A stretch of DNA of 64,000 nucleotides, from NCBI GenBank assembly GCA_963804995.1, contig CAWDSK010000006.1, forward strand, positions 416,001 through 480,000, given 5' to 3'. Numbering within the stretch: the first letter of the stretch is position 1; every line of letters starts with the position of its first letter. This DNA comes from an uncultured Acidobacteriota bacterium. Its GTDB lineage: Bacteria; Acidobacteriota; Terriglobia; UBA7540. The notes below the pieces were generated by a model. It saw only the letters and a list, made by a program, of their open reading frames with translations. It ran no database searches and had not been told where the DNA came from. The position numbers were made by a program, and so were the translations under genes. Of this stretch, positions 1 to 9,565 are shown piece by piece.

Positions 1-855
1 GAGGAAGAAGTGCGCCTCGGCATCATTGGGGTTCAAACGCAAGGCCTCGCGGGCTGCCGCCGCGGCATCGTCCCACCTTTTTTGTCGACCCATGACAACG
101 CCTAGGCTCACGTAAAGGTCGCCGTTTTGCGAATCAAGAAGCATGGCTGCCCGGAATTCCTGCTCGGCCTCCGCGTACTGGTCCTTCTTAAAGAATTCCG
201 CGCCGCGCGCCACGTGCCGACGAATTTCAGCCTGCCGGGCTTGTGCGGCAGGGTCAACCGTCGCGGGCTTCGTTACCTTTGCGCTCTTGAGCGCGCTAAT
301 TAGTTCATCCTCCCCACCAGCCAAGCGGACTTCCTGAAGGTAGTCATCCGTGGGCTCAAAATCGATTCCGCGTTGCTGGACCAGCATGGTGACTCGGTGG
401 CCCGACACTTGCGCGGCGATCAGGGTGATAACTTGCACTTGGTTCAGCGGCTTCTTGGCGCTCGTGGGCGGGCCGCCAGTTGTAGAGCCGCCCTTGAGGG
501 CGGCATGTGCCGGGCTCAAGCCCGGCGCTACCGCCGCACGCAGAGATGCGACAAATGCCTCGCTCGCGCCTGCGGCCTTGAGGGTTTGGATAAAGTCCTC
601 AGACGGAGCGAAATCAATCCCTCGCTGCTCGATCAGCTTCGCGCCCGACTCATCACCCAACCCGTCCCGCACCAGGCCTCCCACCTGCTCCCGCGTAAAG
701 GGCTTTGCCGGGCAGGATATTGCTGTTGTAGCGCTGACCTTTAGGTCAGCATGTGCCGACCTCAAGGTCGGCGCTACGATCTTCTGCTGCGCCCTCAGGG
801 GCAGCGTCAGAATCAGGGGGATGAGAAGGATGAGCAGGAATAATCGGGGCCGCAT
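1..855 (-). CDS. Secreted protein with two internal repeat domains and TPR repeats (partial, runs off window start)
   Basis: Not in the ORF track; translated by hand from ATG at 855 with GGAGGT RBS. Signal peptide MRPRLFLLILLIPLILTLPLRAQQ, two copies of a KPxxxxQVxxLxxxxxxxxxxxxLxxQRGIDFxPxxDxxQxxxxAGxxxxxxxxL module, then TPR-like AEAEQEFRAAMLLD...AREALRLNP. Open to base 1. Confidence 0.85.
   Translation of the reverse strand, partial: MRPRLFLLILLIPLILTLPLRAQQKIVAPTLRSAHADLKVSATTAISCPAKPFTREQVGGLVRDGLGDESGAKLIEQRGIDFAPSEDFIQTLKAAGASEAFVASLRAAVAPGLSPAHAALKGGSTTGGPPTSAKKPLNQVQVITLIAAQVSGHRVTMLVQQRGIDFEPTDDYLQEVRLAGGEDELISALKSAKVTKPATVDPAAQARQAEIRRHVARGAEFFKKDQYAEAEQEFRAAMLLDSQNGDLYVSLGVVMGRQKRWDDAAAAAREALRLNPNDAEAHFFL
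482..531. repeat. GTAG...CTAC REP-like doublet inside CDS
   Basis: gtagagccgcccttgagggcggc-atgt-gccgggctcaagcccggcgctac: two hairpins bounded by GTAG/CTAC. Confidence 0.8.
728..777. repeat. GTAG...CTAC REP-like doublet inside CDS
   Basis: gtagcgctgacctttaggtcagc-atgt-gccgacctcaaggtcggcgctac; same 50-bp architecture as 482-531. Confidence 0.8.
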
Positions 856-894
856 CGGCACCTCCCGAACGCGGGAATGGGGGCATTCTACCAC

Positions 895-1062
895 TTAGCG
901 CAGCGCTGCGTAGCCGCAACCCAGGAAGGACTCACCGCAGAGGCGCGGAGGCACAGAGTCTTGAAATCCAAAGGCCTTTTCTCTGCGTCTCAGCGCCTCG
1001 GCGGTAAATATTATATTTGCTCGCAGCTTTTCCTCTGCTCCGTCTCTGTGACCTCTGTGGTG
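895..1062. repeat. Intergenic palindromic repeat (CAGAG/CTCTG-based hairpins)
   Basis: caccgcagaggcgcggaggcacagag ... ctctgcgtctcagcgcctcggcggt and ctctgtgacctctgtggtg; related tract near 35556-35610. Confidence 0.55.
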
Positions 1063-1099
1063 TATGCCGGCCTCGTACCGGGCTACATCAAGCGCGCGC

Positions 1100-1550
1100 C
1101 TGTGGCCTGGCGGGGATGCTCGAAACCAGCCTCGACAAGTTCGGGTTCTTCGAGGAGCTGCATGGCCGCTCGGACTCAGGCCAAAGCAAGATGAAAGGAA
1201 TCTTCCTGGCAGGCGCGTGCCAATCGCCAAAAGACATTCAAGGCGCCATGAATCAGGGAATGGCCGCGGCCGGGTATGTGCTTTCGCAACTGGCCACGGG
1301 AAAGAGGCTCAAAATCGAGCCCATCACCGCACAGGTTCGCGAGGTGGCGTGTTCCGGATGCCAGATCTGCCGCGGCGTCTGTCCTTACAAAGCCATCGGG
1401 TTCGATCTTGATCACAAAGTCTCAGTAGTAAACCCGCTGCTCTGTCACGGCTGCGGTACATGCGTGGCAGCCTGTCCGTCAGGCGCCATGGATGGCAATC
1501 ACTTCACCATGGCCCAGATCTCGGCGGAAATCGAGGGAGTCTTACAATGA
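1100..1550 (+). pseudogene. hdrA: C-terminal fragment of heterodisulfide reductase subunit A (HdrA-like)
   Basis: DKFGFFEE...GIFLAGACQSPKDI and two CxxCxxCxxxCP ferredoxin motifs; only ~145 aa, N-terminal FAD domain absent; ATGA overlap with mvhD; 5' boundary approximate. Confidence 0.75.
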
Positions 1551-1999
1551 CCGCGGAAAACGTGAACACTGATTTCGAGCCCAAAATTGTGGGGTTTCTG
1601 TGTAACTGGTGCTCTTATGCCGGAGCAGACAAAGCCGGCTTGGCCCAAACTCCCTATCCCCCCAACGTGCGGGTGGTGAAGTTCATGTGCAGTGGAAGAA
1701 TGGACCCGCAATTCGTCTTGCAGGCCTATCAGAATGGTGCGGACGGCGTGTTGATCCTGGGATGCCACTTTGGAGATTGCCACTATAAAGAAGGCAACTT
1801 CCGGGCGACACAGCGTCACCACATGCTTCTCGGCCTGCTCAAGCAGGAAGGCATCGAAGAAGCGCGCTGCCGCCTTGACTATGTTTCAGCGGGCGAAGGC
1901 GACAAGTTTGTGCAAGTGGTCACGGAAATGACCGAGACGATCAGAAAGCTGGGACCGCTTCACAAGCAACTCATCCCTAAAACTAGTGGAGATTCATAA
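1547..1999 (+). CDS. mvhD: MvhD/FlpD-type hydrogenase iron-sulfur subunit
   Basis: KIVGFLCNWCSYAGAD, MCSGRMDP, GADGVLILGCHFGDCHYKEGN; ATG at 1547. Confidence 0.92.
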   Translation: MTAENVNTDFEPKIVGFLCNWCSYAGADKAGLAQTPYPPNVRVVKFMCSGRMDPQFVLQAYQNGADGVLILGCHFGDCHYKEGNFRATQRHHMLLGLLKQEGIEEARCRLDYVSAGEGDKFVQVVTEMTETIRKLGPLHKQLIPKTSGDS

Positions 2000-2000
2000 A

Positions 2001-2222
2001 ATGACAAAGACTCTTGATTGCAAAGGGCTGCAGTGCCCTCAACCACGCCTGAAAATGTCCTTGACCGCGATGGAATTAAAGGCAGGTGACATTCTGGAAT
2101 GTGTTGCAGACTGCCCCACCTTCGAGGCAGATGTGAAGGACTGGTGCAAGAACAGCAAAAAAGCGTTGCTCTGGTTCAAAACCGATGGTGATGGCACCAA
2201 ACGTTGCCAAGTGCGGATCTGA
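2001..2222 (+). CDS. tusA: TusA/SirA-family sulfurtransferase
   Basis: 73 aa, LDCKGLQCPQP (CPxP motif), GDILECVADCP. Confidence 0.88.
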   Translation: MTKTLDCKGLQCPQPRLKMSLTAMELKAGDILECVADCPTFEADVKDWCKNSKKALLWFKTDGDGTKRCQVRI

Positions 2223-2335
2223 AGCAGGCTAGTCCAAAATTCGCTCCCACGGGCAGGCGTGGTGATGGCGCCAAGCGTTGCCCAGTGCGGATCTGAAGTG
2301 GGCCAGTCCAAAATACGTTCCCCCCGGCGGGCAGC
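2187..2335 (+). repeat. Imperfect tandem duplication, period ~74 bp
   Basis: ggtgatggcaccaaacgttgccaagtgcggatctgaagcaggctagtccaaaat (2187) vs ggtgatggcgccaagcgttgcccagtgcggatctgaagtgggccagtccaaaat (2261). Confidence 0.85.
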
Positions 2336-2665
2336 AACCCGCGGCGCGTTTTGCTGTAGCGGCGGTCGGCGCCTGCCCCCCAACTCGCAGGCTGTCAAGC
2401 TGAGCTATGACGCCTCCGCCTCGACGCGGGGCGTGGAAGTCGGTCTCGGCGTTGCGCGCGCCCCTACTCGGTTCTTGCAGCTTAGCGACTTTTTGTCACC
2501 ACCGTGGAACTGTCCCACTAGTTGCTCTTAGAGGGCCATAGCGCGCGAGGTCCCACCAACATTCCCATCCTCACCCGTTTTTCGCCCCCTGAATTTGTCC
2601 GTTGAGGCGCCGCTGCGCTTAGGGCTTTCCGTCGCGCCGCTGCGGTGAGGAACGCAGTTCGTTCT

Positions 2666-4096
2666 CTAAGACTCCTCCGGTATCGTGTACGGGGCGCGGT
2701 AGCCGCGGTCGGCGTTGCGCAGCAGCCTGTCAGCTTCGGAATCGCCGATGACTTGTTGCGTTTCGGGATTGAAATTCAAAGTCCGCCCCAGGCGATAAGA
2801 AGCGTTGGCTAGTTGCATCAGAGCCATGGAAGTGTAAGCTTCCTCGATGGGCGCGTTCAGGTTCTCCTTTTTCCGGCTAATCACACAGTCGATGAAGTTC
2901 GCGTAGTGCGCGAGTTCCGCTCCGGCATGGACCGCCGGTTGGGCCTCTTGATCCGGGCCCATCCACACTTTATAGGTATCGGCATCCTCATCGCCCGTAG
3001 CGAAATAGCCTTTCGAGCCAAAGAAGATGTTCCCCACGGTGTTGTGGCCGCCAGAGAGAGGGCCAAGCGCCGCAAGTCCGGGCTTGTGCTTGCGCTCTGG
3101 CGTGCCTAGTTCCGGCGTACCAATTTCCGCTTCATGATTGGTCATCCAGTGCCGGACTTCGAAGGTTATCATCTTCCGCTTGCCGTTCGGCAGATTGAAC
3201 TCAAAGGCGCAGCTCAGGTCGTTGGGAGTTTCCTGATCATCATCGAACATGAAGTGGCCGCCCATGGCGCTCACTTTGTTGGGGAATCCCACGCCCAGCC
3301 CCCAGCGCGCTACGTCAAGCTGATGAGTGCCTTGATTTCCCAGGTCACCGTTTCCATAAGCCCAGAACCAGTGCCAGTTGTAGTGAAAACGATTGCGGGT
3401 GAAATCATGCAGGGGCGCGGGGCCCGTCCAGAGATCGTAATTCACTCCCGCCGGAACCGGCTCCACCTGGGTATGGCCGATAGTGTTGCGCCACTTGTAG
3501 CAGAGCCCGCGCGCCATGTAGACGTCCCCGATCAGCCCTTCATGGAGCTTCTGGATGCCCTCGCGCACCGCCGTGGCAGAGCGGATTTGCGTGCCATGCT
3601 GAACGATGCGGTCGTATCTTTTCGCTGCGGCCACGAACTGCTTGCCTTCCCACACATTGTGCGAGCAGGGCTTCTCCACATAAACGTCCTTGCCCGCCTG
3701 GCATGCCCAGATTCCCATCAAGGTATGCCAGTGATTCGGCGTAGCAATCGAAATGGCATCGATCGACTTGTCATCCAAAAGCTTGCGGATATCCACGAAC
3801 GTGGCGGGCTTCGGGATGCCCCTTTTCTCCATTCCGGCTATGCGCTCCTGCGCGAGTTTCTCGTCGACGTTGCACACCGCGGCGATCTCAACGTTGCTCA
3901 ATTGCGCATAGTTTTGGACGTGATCCATGCCGCGGCCGTGCACTCCACAAATCGCCACCCGCACGCGGTCGTTCGCCCCGAATACCCGGTCCGGCCGGGT
4001 TAAGAAAGTCACACTGCTCGCGGCCGCGAGGCCCGCGGCACTCGTCATACCGCTTTTCAAAAAACTCCGACGGCTTAATTGCGAATCGTTGGACAT
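2666..4096 (-). CDS. Tat-exported Gfo/Idh/MocA-family oxidoreductase
   Basis: SRRSFLK twin-arginine motif, IATPNHWH, GKDVYVEKP; start placed at ATG 4096 behind GGAG RBS. Confidence 0.92.
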   Translation of the reverse strand: MSNDSQLSRRSFLKSGMTSAAGLAAASSVTFLTRPDRVFGANDRVRVAICGVHGRGMDHVQNYAQLSNVEIAAVCNVDEKLAQERIAGMEKRGIPKPATFVDIRKLLDDKSIDAISIATPNHWHTLMGIWACQAGKDVYVEKPCSHNVWEGKQFVAAAKRYDRIVQHGTQIRSATAVREGIQKLHEGLIGDVYMARGLCYKWRNTIGHTQVEPVPAGVNYDLWTGPAPLHDFTRNRFHYNWHWFWAYGNGDLGNQGTHQLDVARWGLGVGFPNKVSAMGGHFMFDDDQETPNDLSCAFEFNLPNGKRKMITFEVRHWMTNHEAEIGTPELGTPERKHKPGLAALGPLSGGHNTVGNIFFGSKGYFATGDEDADTYKVWMGPDQEAQPAVHAGAELAHYANFIDCVISRKKENLNAPIEEAYTSMALMQLANASYRLGRTLNFNPETQQVIGDSEADRLLRNADRGYRAPYTIPEES

Positions 4097-4129
4097 GCGA
4101 AATTCTCCCTCCTTCAGAACTTGCCTCAT

Positions 4130-5125
4130 CTATCGTTCGTGGGTTGCATATTGCTGGTAGACCTCGGCGACCCTGGCTTGCCGGTAGTCTCCGTGATGAA
4201 TGAAAACGCGATAACGAAACTTTAACGCCTTGCCTTGTTGGACTGTCCAGCTCCCGTCCTTTTCCGGGTCGTTAAAGAACTCTCTCCAACCGAAGGGATT
4301 CGCGGCGAGCAGCCCATAACCGCGCGCGTGCCAATAGGTAGGGTGCCGGAAACTTCGCGGACTGTCGAAGACGGCAACGCCCAGATCCTCGCCCGCGACC
4401 GTACCATCATAGTCGACCCAATCCGCGCGCTTTCCCCAGATCGCTTTCTCTCCCTCCGCACCTGCCGAGTTTACCATGTGCCCGGGAGGTGAATTCAATT
4501 CTTTGGCCAAGCGGAGACCAAAGGTTCCTTCCTTGGTATCACCCAGGGTCAGGTCCGAGCCATGATTGGCCACGAGAGTGACCTCGCAATCAATCCACCG
4601 CGTGTCCTGGCCGCCTCCGAACAAAAAGGATTGGATCTCGTCCGCGATCACCCTGCCGCTCGGGCCGGCCAGTTCGAACGCAGTACGAAGCACACCGGAA
4701 TCGGCGCCGCCCTGAATCTCTTCCAGCTTGCGAAATGTCGCGCGCCCGAAAACCGTGTCGTCACTGTATTGCGGGAACACTGCCTCGCCCCAGAAGTCGA
4801 TGCCATCGATGTTTCCGTGACCAAAGAACATGGGGCGTTGATGAGGCTCCAAGCTCTGGTCCTTCAGATGTTCCGGCGGGATGGTGTTACCATTGGGAAA
4901 GTCCCGCGTCAGGACTGTACTTTGCGCGCTTCGCAGGGGTTGAAAGTATGGCTTGGCAACGTCAGAGGAAAAGTAGTATGTCGTGAAGGGTTTCCCCCCG
5001 ATGAGCACTTCAACCTGATCCCCCTTGCGCAAAAGCTCGACCGCATCCCCAGCGGCAAACGCGGCGGAAGCGAATAGCAATCCACCCATCACCACCAATC
5101 CAATCCCAAACTTCCCATGGATCAT
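4130..5125 (-). CDS. Secreted PmoA-like (DUF6807-type) protein, not a true methane monooxygenase subunit
   Basis: Signal peptide; KPYFQPL, HQRPMFFGHG, GDTKEG, HPTYWHARGYGLLAANPFG motifs; adjacent to the oxidoreductase. Confidence 0.75.
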   Translation of the reverse strand: MIHGKFGIGLVVMGGLLFASAAFAAGDAVELLRKGDQVEVLIGGKPFTTYYFSSDVAKPYFQPLRSAQSTVLTRDFPNGNTIPPEHLKDQSLEPHQRPMFFGHGNIDGIDFWGEAVFPQYSDDTVFGRATFRKLEEIQGGADSGVLRTAFELAGPSGRVIADEIQSFLFGGGQDTRWIDCEVTLVANHGSDLTLGDTKEGTFGLRLAKELNSPPGHMVNSAGAEGEKAIWGKRADWVDYDGTVAGEDLGVAVFDSPRSFRHPTYWHARGYGLLAANPFGWREFFNDPEKDGSWTVQQGKALKFRYRVFIHHGDYRQARVAEVYQQYATHER

Positions 5126-5383
5126 GAACGCATCTCCTTTAAATCACTTGGCGATCTCGAAGATGTCGGGCCAACGGTGATGTCTCCCCAGGGACGGCTC
5201 GCGACCTATAATGGCCCTTTGAAAAATACTTTGCAATAGACACCCTGCCCGCCTCTGGGAAGTGGAGCAGTTTGATTTGCGGGGTTATACTTTGGCCGGG
5301 CGGGAAGGTTTTGGATAAGCTAAATATGTAGCCTATCAACTGGACACAATGTCATCATGTTTTACCATTTATCATATTGTTGC

Positions 5384-5470
5384 TAACCGTATTTGTTTTC
5401 AATAACCTCTCAGCTTTGGCAAACAGAAATCCCGAGTTGACGCGCTTTGTTTTCAATATGTTCTCAGCTT
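5384..5470 (-). repeat. Two copies of TATTGAAAACAAA motif, 54 bp apart
   Basis: tttgttttcaata at 5392 and 5446, each followed shortly by tctcagctt. Confidence 0.7.
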
Positions 5471-5659
5471 AGGGCGTTTTGTCCATCAGGCGACACATTG
5501 TCGACTAAGAATGAACAGCTCAGACGGTGCGTTTTCGGTCTCATATTTACGCTTCACCGCGGGGCCTCCCTACGGTGCGCTCCACGCCAGGTCTTTCGGC
5601 AGTCAGCGCGGATGGATTATACCCATTAGTAAAGCTTAATGTCAAGCTGCATTATTAGG

Positions 5660-5750
5660 GGGTAGTGTCTCAGTTTGAATTCGTAGCGGCGAGTTTACCT
5701 CGCCAAATGGCGGCGTAAAGCCGCCTCTACATCAAGCTGAGACACTACCC
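5660..5750. repeat. Nested inverted-repeat element (19-bp outer IR around a GTAG REP doublet)
   Basis: gggtagtgtctcagtttga / tcaagctgagacactaccc (1 mismatch) enclosing gtagcggcgagtttacctcgcc-aaat-ggcggcgtaaagccgcctctac. Confidence 0.8.
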
Positions 5751-5871
5751 ACCCTTGCGCAAAGCACTGCGTGCCTCAGGAAACGCGGTATAATGCCTCC
5801 CGATTTTTGAGGGCGGTTCGTTATTTCAAGTGATGCTATAACTTCAAACCTCATTCAGAGGTCGTGTCCAC

Positions 5872-7884
5872 ATGCGAAAAACGGTCAAGGAAACTCGCTT
5901 CCCCAAGATCGTTAAACGGTTCAGTGTTGTCGTGGCGGGGGCTCTCATTTTATGCGCGTGCCTTGCGCTCATCGTGCGAGGGACGCCAGCCGTAGCCCCA
6001 GATTCCACTGCGAGCCAACCGAAGTACGAGATCGCATTATACAAAAACGTCATGATTACCATGCGCGACGGCGTAAAGCTGGCGTGCGACATCTACCGCC
6101 CCGCCCTCCACGGCGTCCCTGTGGAAGGGAAATTCCCTGTTCTCATGGAGCGGACCCCCTACGGGAAATCTACCATAGAGGAATGGGCTAACTTCTTCGT
6201 GCCGCGCGGATACATCGCGGTAGGCCAGGACGTGCGCGGGCGCAACGACTCTGAGGGTGCGTGGCGGCCCTTCCGCGATGATGGACACGATGGGTATGAC
6301 ACGGTCAAGTGGATTGGCGAGCAACCCTGGTCGGACGGCAATGTCGGCACGGTGGGAACCTCCTATCCGGGAGGAACGCAGCACGCGCTGGCGCTCGCCA
6401 ATCCTCCCTATCTCAAGGCCATGATTCCCGGCGATGCCATGTCGGATTTCGGCCGCTACGGAGTTCGCCACAACGGCGCGTTCGAGATGCGCTGGATGAA
6501 CTGGATTTTCAACATCGGCGGCCCTAAAGGGAGCCATGAGTCACGCAATCCTGAGACCCGTGACGCGCTTCTGAGATTGGGAGAGCAGGTCCGGGAGTAC
6601 GCGCGCGGCATGCCCCTGCGCCGCGGCACCACCCCGCTGCAATTGATCCCGGACTATGAAGACTGGCTGGTGGAAGCAATGTCGCACGGCGACTATGACG
6701 ACTTTTGGAAGAACTCCGGAGACGACGTGGTTGAGCACGTCGCCGAATACAAAGACATCCCCGTCTACCACCAGGGAGGCTGGTACGACTCATGGGGAAC
6801 GCCGGTGGCCAACCTGAATTACGCCACCCTCAGCGAGAACAAGAAGAGCGTGCAGCGCTTGATCATGGGCCCCTGGACGCACCACGCGCGAACGCATAGC
6901 TTTGCCGGGGAAGCAGAATTCGGACCCGACGCCGCCCTTGATTTCAATCAGTTTCAATTGCGCTGGTTCGACCATTGGCTAATAGGGATCGACAATGGGG
7001 TCGATCGCGAGCCGCACGTCCGAATTTTCGTCATGGGGGGCGGAGACGCACACCGCACGCCGGAGGGACGCATCTTTGTGGGAGGGCATTGGCGCGAAGA
7101 GCATGAATGGCCGTTGGCTCGGACCTTGGCCACTCCTTATTACTTGCGCGCAAATGGATTGCTCTCTCCTGAAACGCCCGGCGCCGAATCTCCATCCGCT
7201 TACCAGTTCGATCCTCATCATCCGGTGCCGACCATTGGAGGCAACGTCTCCTCGCAAAATGCTCCTATCACCAATCACAACTCCATCGAACGGCCGGGCG
7301 ACTCCGAGAATCTGATGGAACAGGGCGCCTACGACCAGCGCTGCCGGATATCACTTTGGGTGTGCGACGACACGCGTCCACTCTCCGCCCGCGATGATGT
7401 GCTGGTGTTCGAGACGGGTCCCCTGGCACAGGATGTGGAAGTTACCGGGCGGCTGATTGTGAAGCTGTGGGCCTCCTCGAGCGCCCCCGACACCGATTTC
7501 ACCGCCAAGCTGGTTGACGTATATCCGCCCAACAAGGATTTTCCTGCCGGCGTGGATTTGAACATCGCGGACAGCATTGTGCGTGCGCGCTACCGCAATT
7601 CACTGGAGCACGCGGAATTGATGACGCCGGGCGAAGTGTACCCCTTCACCATCGAAATGTACCCCACGTCTCTGCTTTTTAAGAAAGGGCATCGCATTCG
7701 CGTGGACATCTCGAGCAGCAATTTTCCACGCTTCGACGTGAACCCGAATACCGGCGAGCCTTTGAACAATAACCGGCGTTGGGCGATCGCCGTGAACACG
7801 ATTTACCATGACGCGCAACATCCTTCCCACATCGTGCTGCCGGTCATACCCATGTCCACCGGTTCCACGCGAGCCGGGAAGTAA
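5872..7884 (+). CDS. CocE/NonD-family serine hydrolase (secreted or anchored)
   Basis: MRDGVKLACDIYRP, RTPYGK, QDVRGR, nucleophile GTSYPG, GPWTH, ISSSNFPRFD. Confidence 0.95.
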   Translation: MRKTVKETRFPKIVKRFSVVVAGALILCACLALIVRGTPAVAPDSTASQPKYEIALYKNVMITMRDGVKLACDIYRPALHGVPVEGKFPVLMERTPYGKSTIEEWANFFVPRGYIAVGQDVRGRNDSEGAWRPFRDDGHDGYDTVKWIGEQPWSDGNVGTVGTSYPGGTQHALALANPPYLKAMIPGDAMSDFGRYGVRHNGAFEMRWMNWIFNIGGPKGSHESRNPETRDALLRLGEQVREYARGMPLRRGTTPLQLIPDYEDWLVEAMSHGDYDDFWKNSGDDVVEHVAEYKDIPVYHQGGWYDSWGTPVANLNYATLSENKKSVQRLIMGPWTHHARTHSFAGEAEFGPDAALDFNQFQLRWFDHWLIGIDNGVDREPHVRIFVMGGGDAHRTPEGRIFVGGHWREEHEWPLARTLATPYYLRANGLLSPETPGAESPSAYQFDPHHPVPTIGGNVSSQNAPITNHNSIERPGDSENLMEQGAYDQRCRISLWVCDDTRPLSARDDVLVFETGPLAQDVEVTGRLIVKLWASSSAPDTDFTAKLVDVYPPNKDFPAGVDLNIADSIVRARYRNSLEHAELMTPGEVYPFTIEMYPTSLLFKKGHRIRVDISSSNFPRFDVNPNTGEPLNNNRRWAIAVNTIYHDAQHPSHIVLPVIPMSTGSTRAGK

Positions 7885-7938
7885 ACGTACGGCAGGAAAG
7901 AGTCAGGAATCGGAGTTGGAGATAGCCGAGGAGGTCCC

Positions 7939-8322
7939 ATGCTGGGTTCCGCCAAGATCATGGGCTTTGTTCCCACGCGCGACTTCGGGAAAGCTCGCGA
8001 GTTTTATGAAGGTGTGTTGAGGCTGCGCGTGACCGGTGTGGACAATTTTGCATTGGCCCTCGACGCCAATGGAATTATGGTTCGCGTTACGAAGGTTCCC
8101 GAATTCCAGCCGCGGCCCTTCACGATTCTCGGCTGGGAAGTCCCTGACATCGAGCAGGAGGTGGCGGGCCTCGTCGGCGGCGGTGTGCACATGGAGAAGT
8201 ACGGCCTACCTGGACAGGACGAGCGCGGCATCTGGACCGCACCTGGCGGCGCGAAGGTCGCATGGTTCAGGGATCCCGACGGGAATATTCTGTCAGTCAC
8301 AGAGTTTCCTAAGCAGCCTTAG
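7939..8322 (+). CDS. VOC/glyoxalase-family protein
   Basis: AREFYEGVL...VAWFRDPDGNILS; GAGGAGG RBS. Confidence 0.9.
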   Translation: MLGSAKIMGFVPTRDFGKAREFYEGVLRLRVTGVDNFALALDANGIMVRVTKVPEFQPRPFTILGWEVPDIEQEVAGLVGGGVHMEKYGLPGQDERGIWTAPGGAKVAWFRDPDGNILSVTEFPKQP

Positions 8323-8349
8323 GAGTCCTCCAGAAAAGCGGCGCCCCCC

Positions 8350-9552
8350 TCATGCGAAGAGCAGCAGAACCCCGGCGAGCAACGCCAGGAAACTTGAAAA
8401 AGCAAATGGTGCGGCGGGCGAGTAGTGCTGCCAGATCCAACCGGCGAGTAAGCTGGCTGGAAGCGCGGCCACACCCACTACCCAATTGAACACTCCGAAA
8501 ACCGAGGCGCGCGAATCGGACGGGGCGAGGTCCGCGACCCAAGCCTTAATCACTCCCTCCGTGAGCGCGTAGTAGCTTCCGTAAACCGCAAAGAGAAACC
8601 AGACAAGGTGCGAATTGCGCAGAAGCGCGAAGCCCGCGTAAACACCCGCGTAAATGAAGTAGCCGGCCACGATCAACAGCCGCCGCGGAATGCGATCAGA
8701 GAGTTTCCCGGCCGGCCAGCTCAGCACCGTGTAGACCGTGTTGAAAAGCAGTCCCAGCGCGGGCGCCATCCAAGCGCTCAGGCCCAGGTTTTGCGCGCGC
8801 AGGATCAGGAACAGGTCGGAGGAATTTCCCAGTGAGAACAACCCCACCGCCACAAGAACCCAGCGCAACTTTCCCGATGGGGCATGGTCTGCGCCACCTA
8901 CGGCCCCCTCCGCGGCGACATCCTTTGTGGGCGGTCTCACTTCCTTCACCGCAAACCACGCGAGCAAGATGCAGGCCAGGCCGGGGATGCCGGCCATCCA
9001 AAAGACAGTGCGAACCTTTCCATGAAACACCGGCAAGAGGAGAATGGCGGCGAGTGGTCCCGCAATCGCCCCCGCCGTATCCATTGCCTGACGCAAGCCG
9101 AATGCCGCTCCCCGGTGCGAGGGGTCAACGGAGTCCGTCAGCAATGCGTCGCGCGGCGCAGCCCGAAATCCTTTGGCGGCACGGTCAACGAAGCGAATCC
9201 AGAAAACCTGTCCCCAAGACCCTGCCACGGCTAGCAACGGCTTCACGAGGTTGGCCAGCGTGTATCCCACCGCGGCCAGCGGCTTGCGGCGGCGCAGGCG
9301 GTCAGCGAGCCAACCCGAGAGCAGGCGTCCAAAGCTCGATACCGTTTCCGCCGCGCCCTCGATCAAACCGAACGCCATGGGCGGAGCACCCAGCACCCCC
9401 ACCAGAAACTGGGGCAGCAACCAATAACTCATCTCGGTCGAGATATCGTTGAAAAATGCCACCCAGGCGAGCATCCAAACGTTGCGGGGCAGTCGATTAC
9501 CTTGATCTGTTGAGGGAAGGCTCCGGGCAGGTGGTTCATTTCCTAAGGCCAT
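8350..9552 (-). CDS. MFS transporter
   Basis: ~12 hydrophobic segments, GWLADRLRRRK and GKLSDRIPRR motif-A loops; start uncertain (9552 or 9567). Confidence 0.9.
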   Translation of the reverse strand: MALGNEPPARSLPSTDQGNRLPRNVWMLAWVAFFNDISTEMSYWLLPQFLVGVLGAPPMAFGLIEGAAETVSSFGRLLSGWLADRLRRRKPLAAVGYTLANLVKPLLAVAGSWGQVFWIRFVDRAAKGFRAAPRDALLTDSVDPSHRGAAFGLRQAMDTAGAIAGPLAAILLLPVFHGKVRTVFWMAGIPGLACILLAWFAVKEVRPPTKDVAAEGAVGGADHAPSGKLRWVLVAVGLFSLGNSSDLFLILRAQNLGLSAWMAPALGLLFNTVYTVLSWPAGKLSDRIPRRLLIVAGYFIYAGVYAGFALLRNSHLVWFLFAVYGSYYALTEGVIKAWVADLAPSDSRASVFGVFNWVVGVAALPASLLAGWIWQHYSPAAPFAFSSFLALLAGVLLLFA

Positions 9553-9565
9553 GGAGGTTGTCGCC

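Noticed and set aside
4130..5125. Particulate methane monooxygenase
   Set aside because: Soluble secreted protein of the misleadingly named PmoA-like family; no pmoB or pmoC
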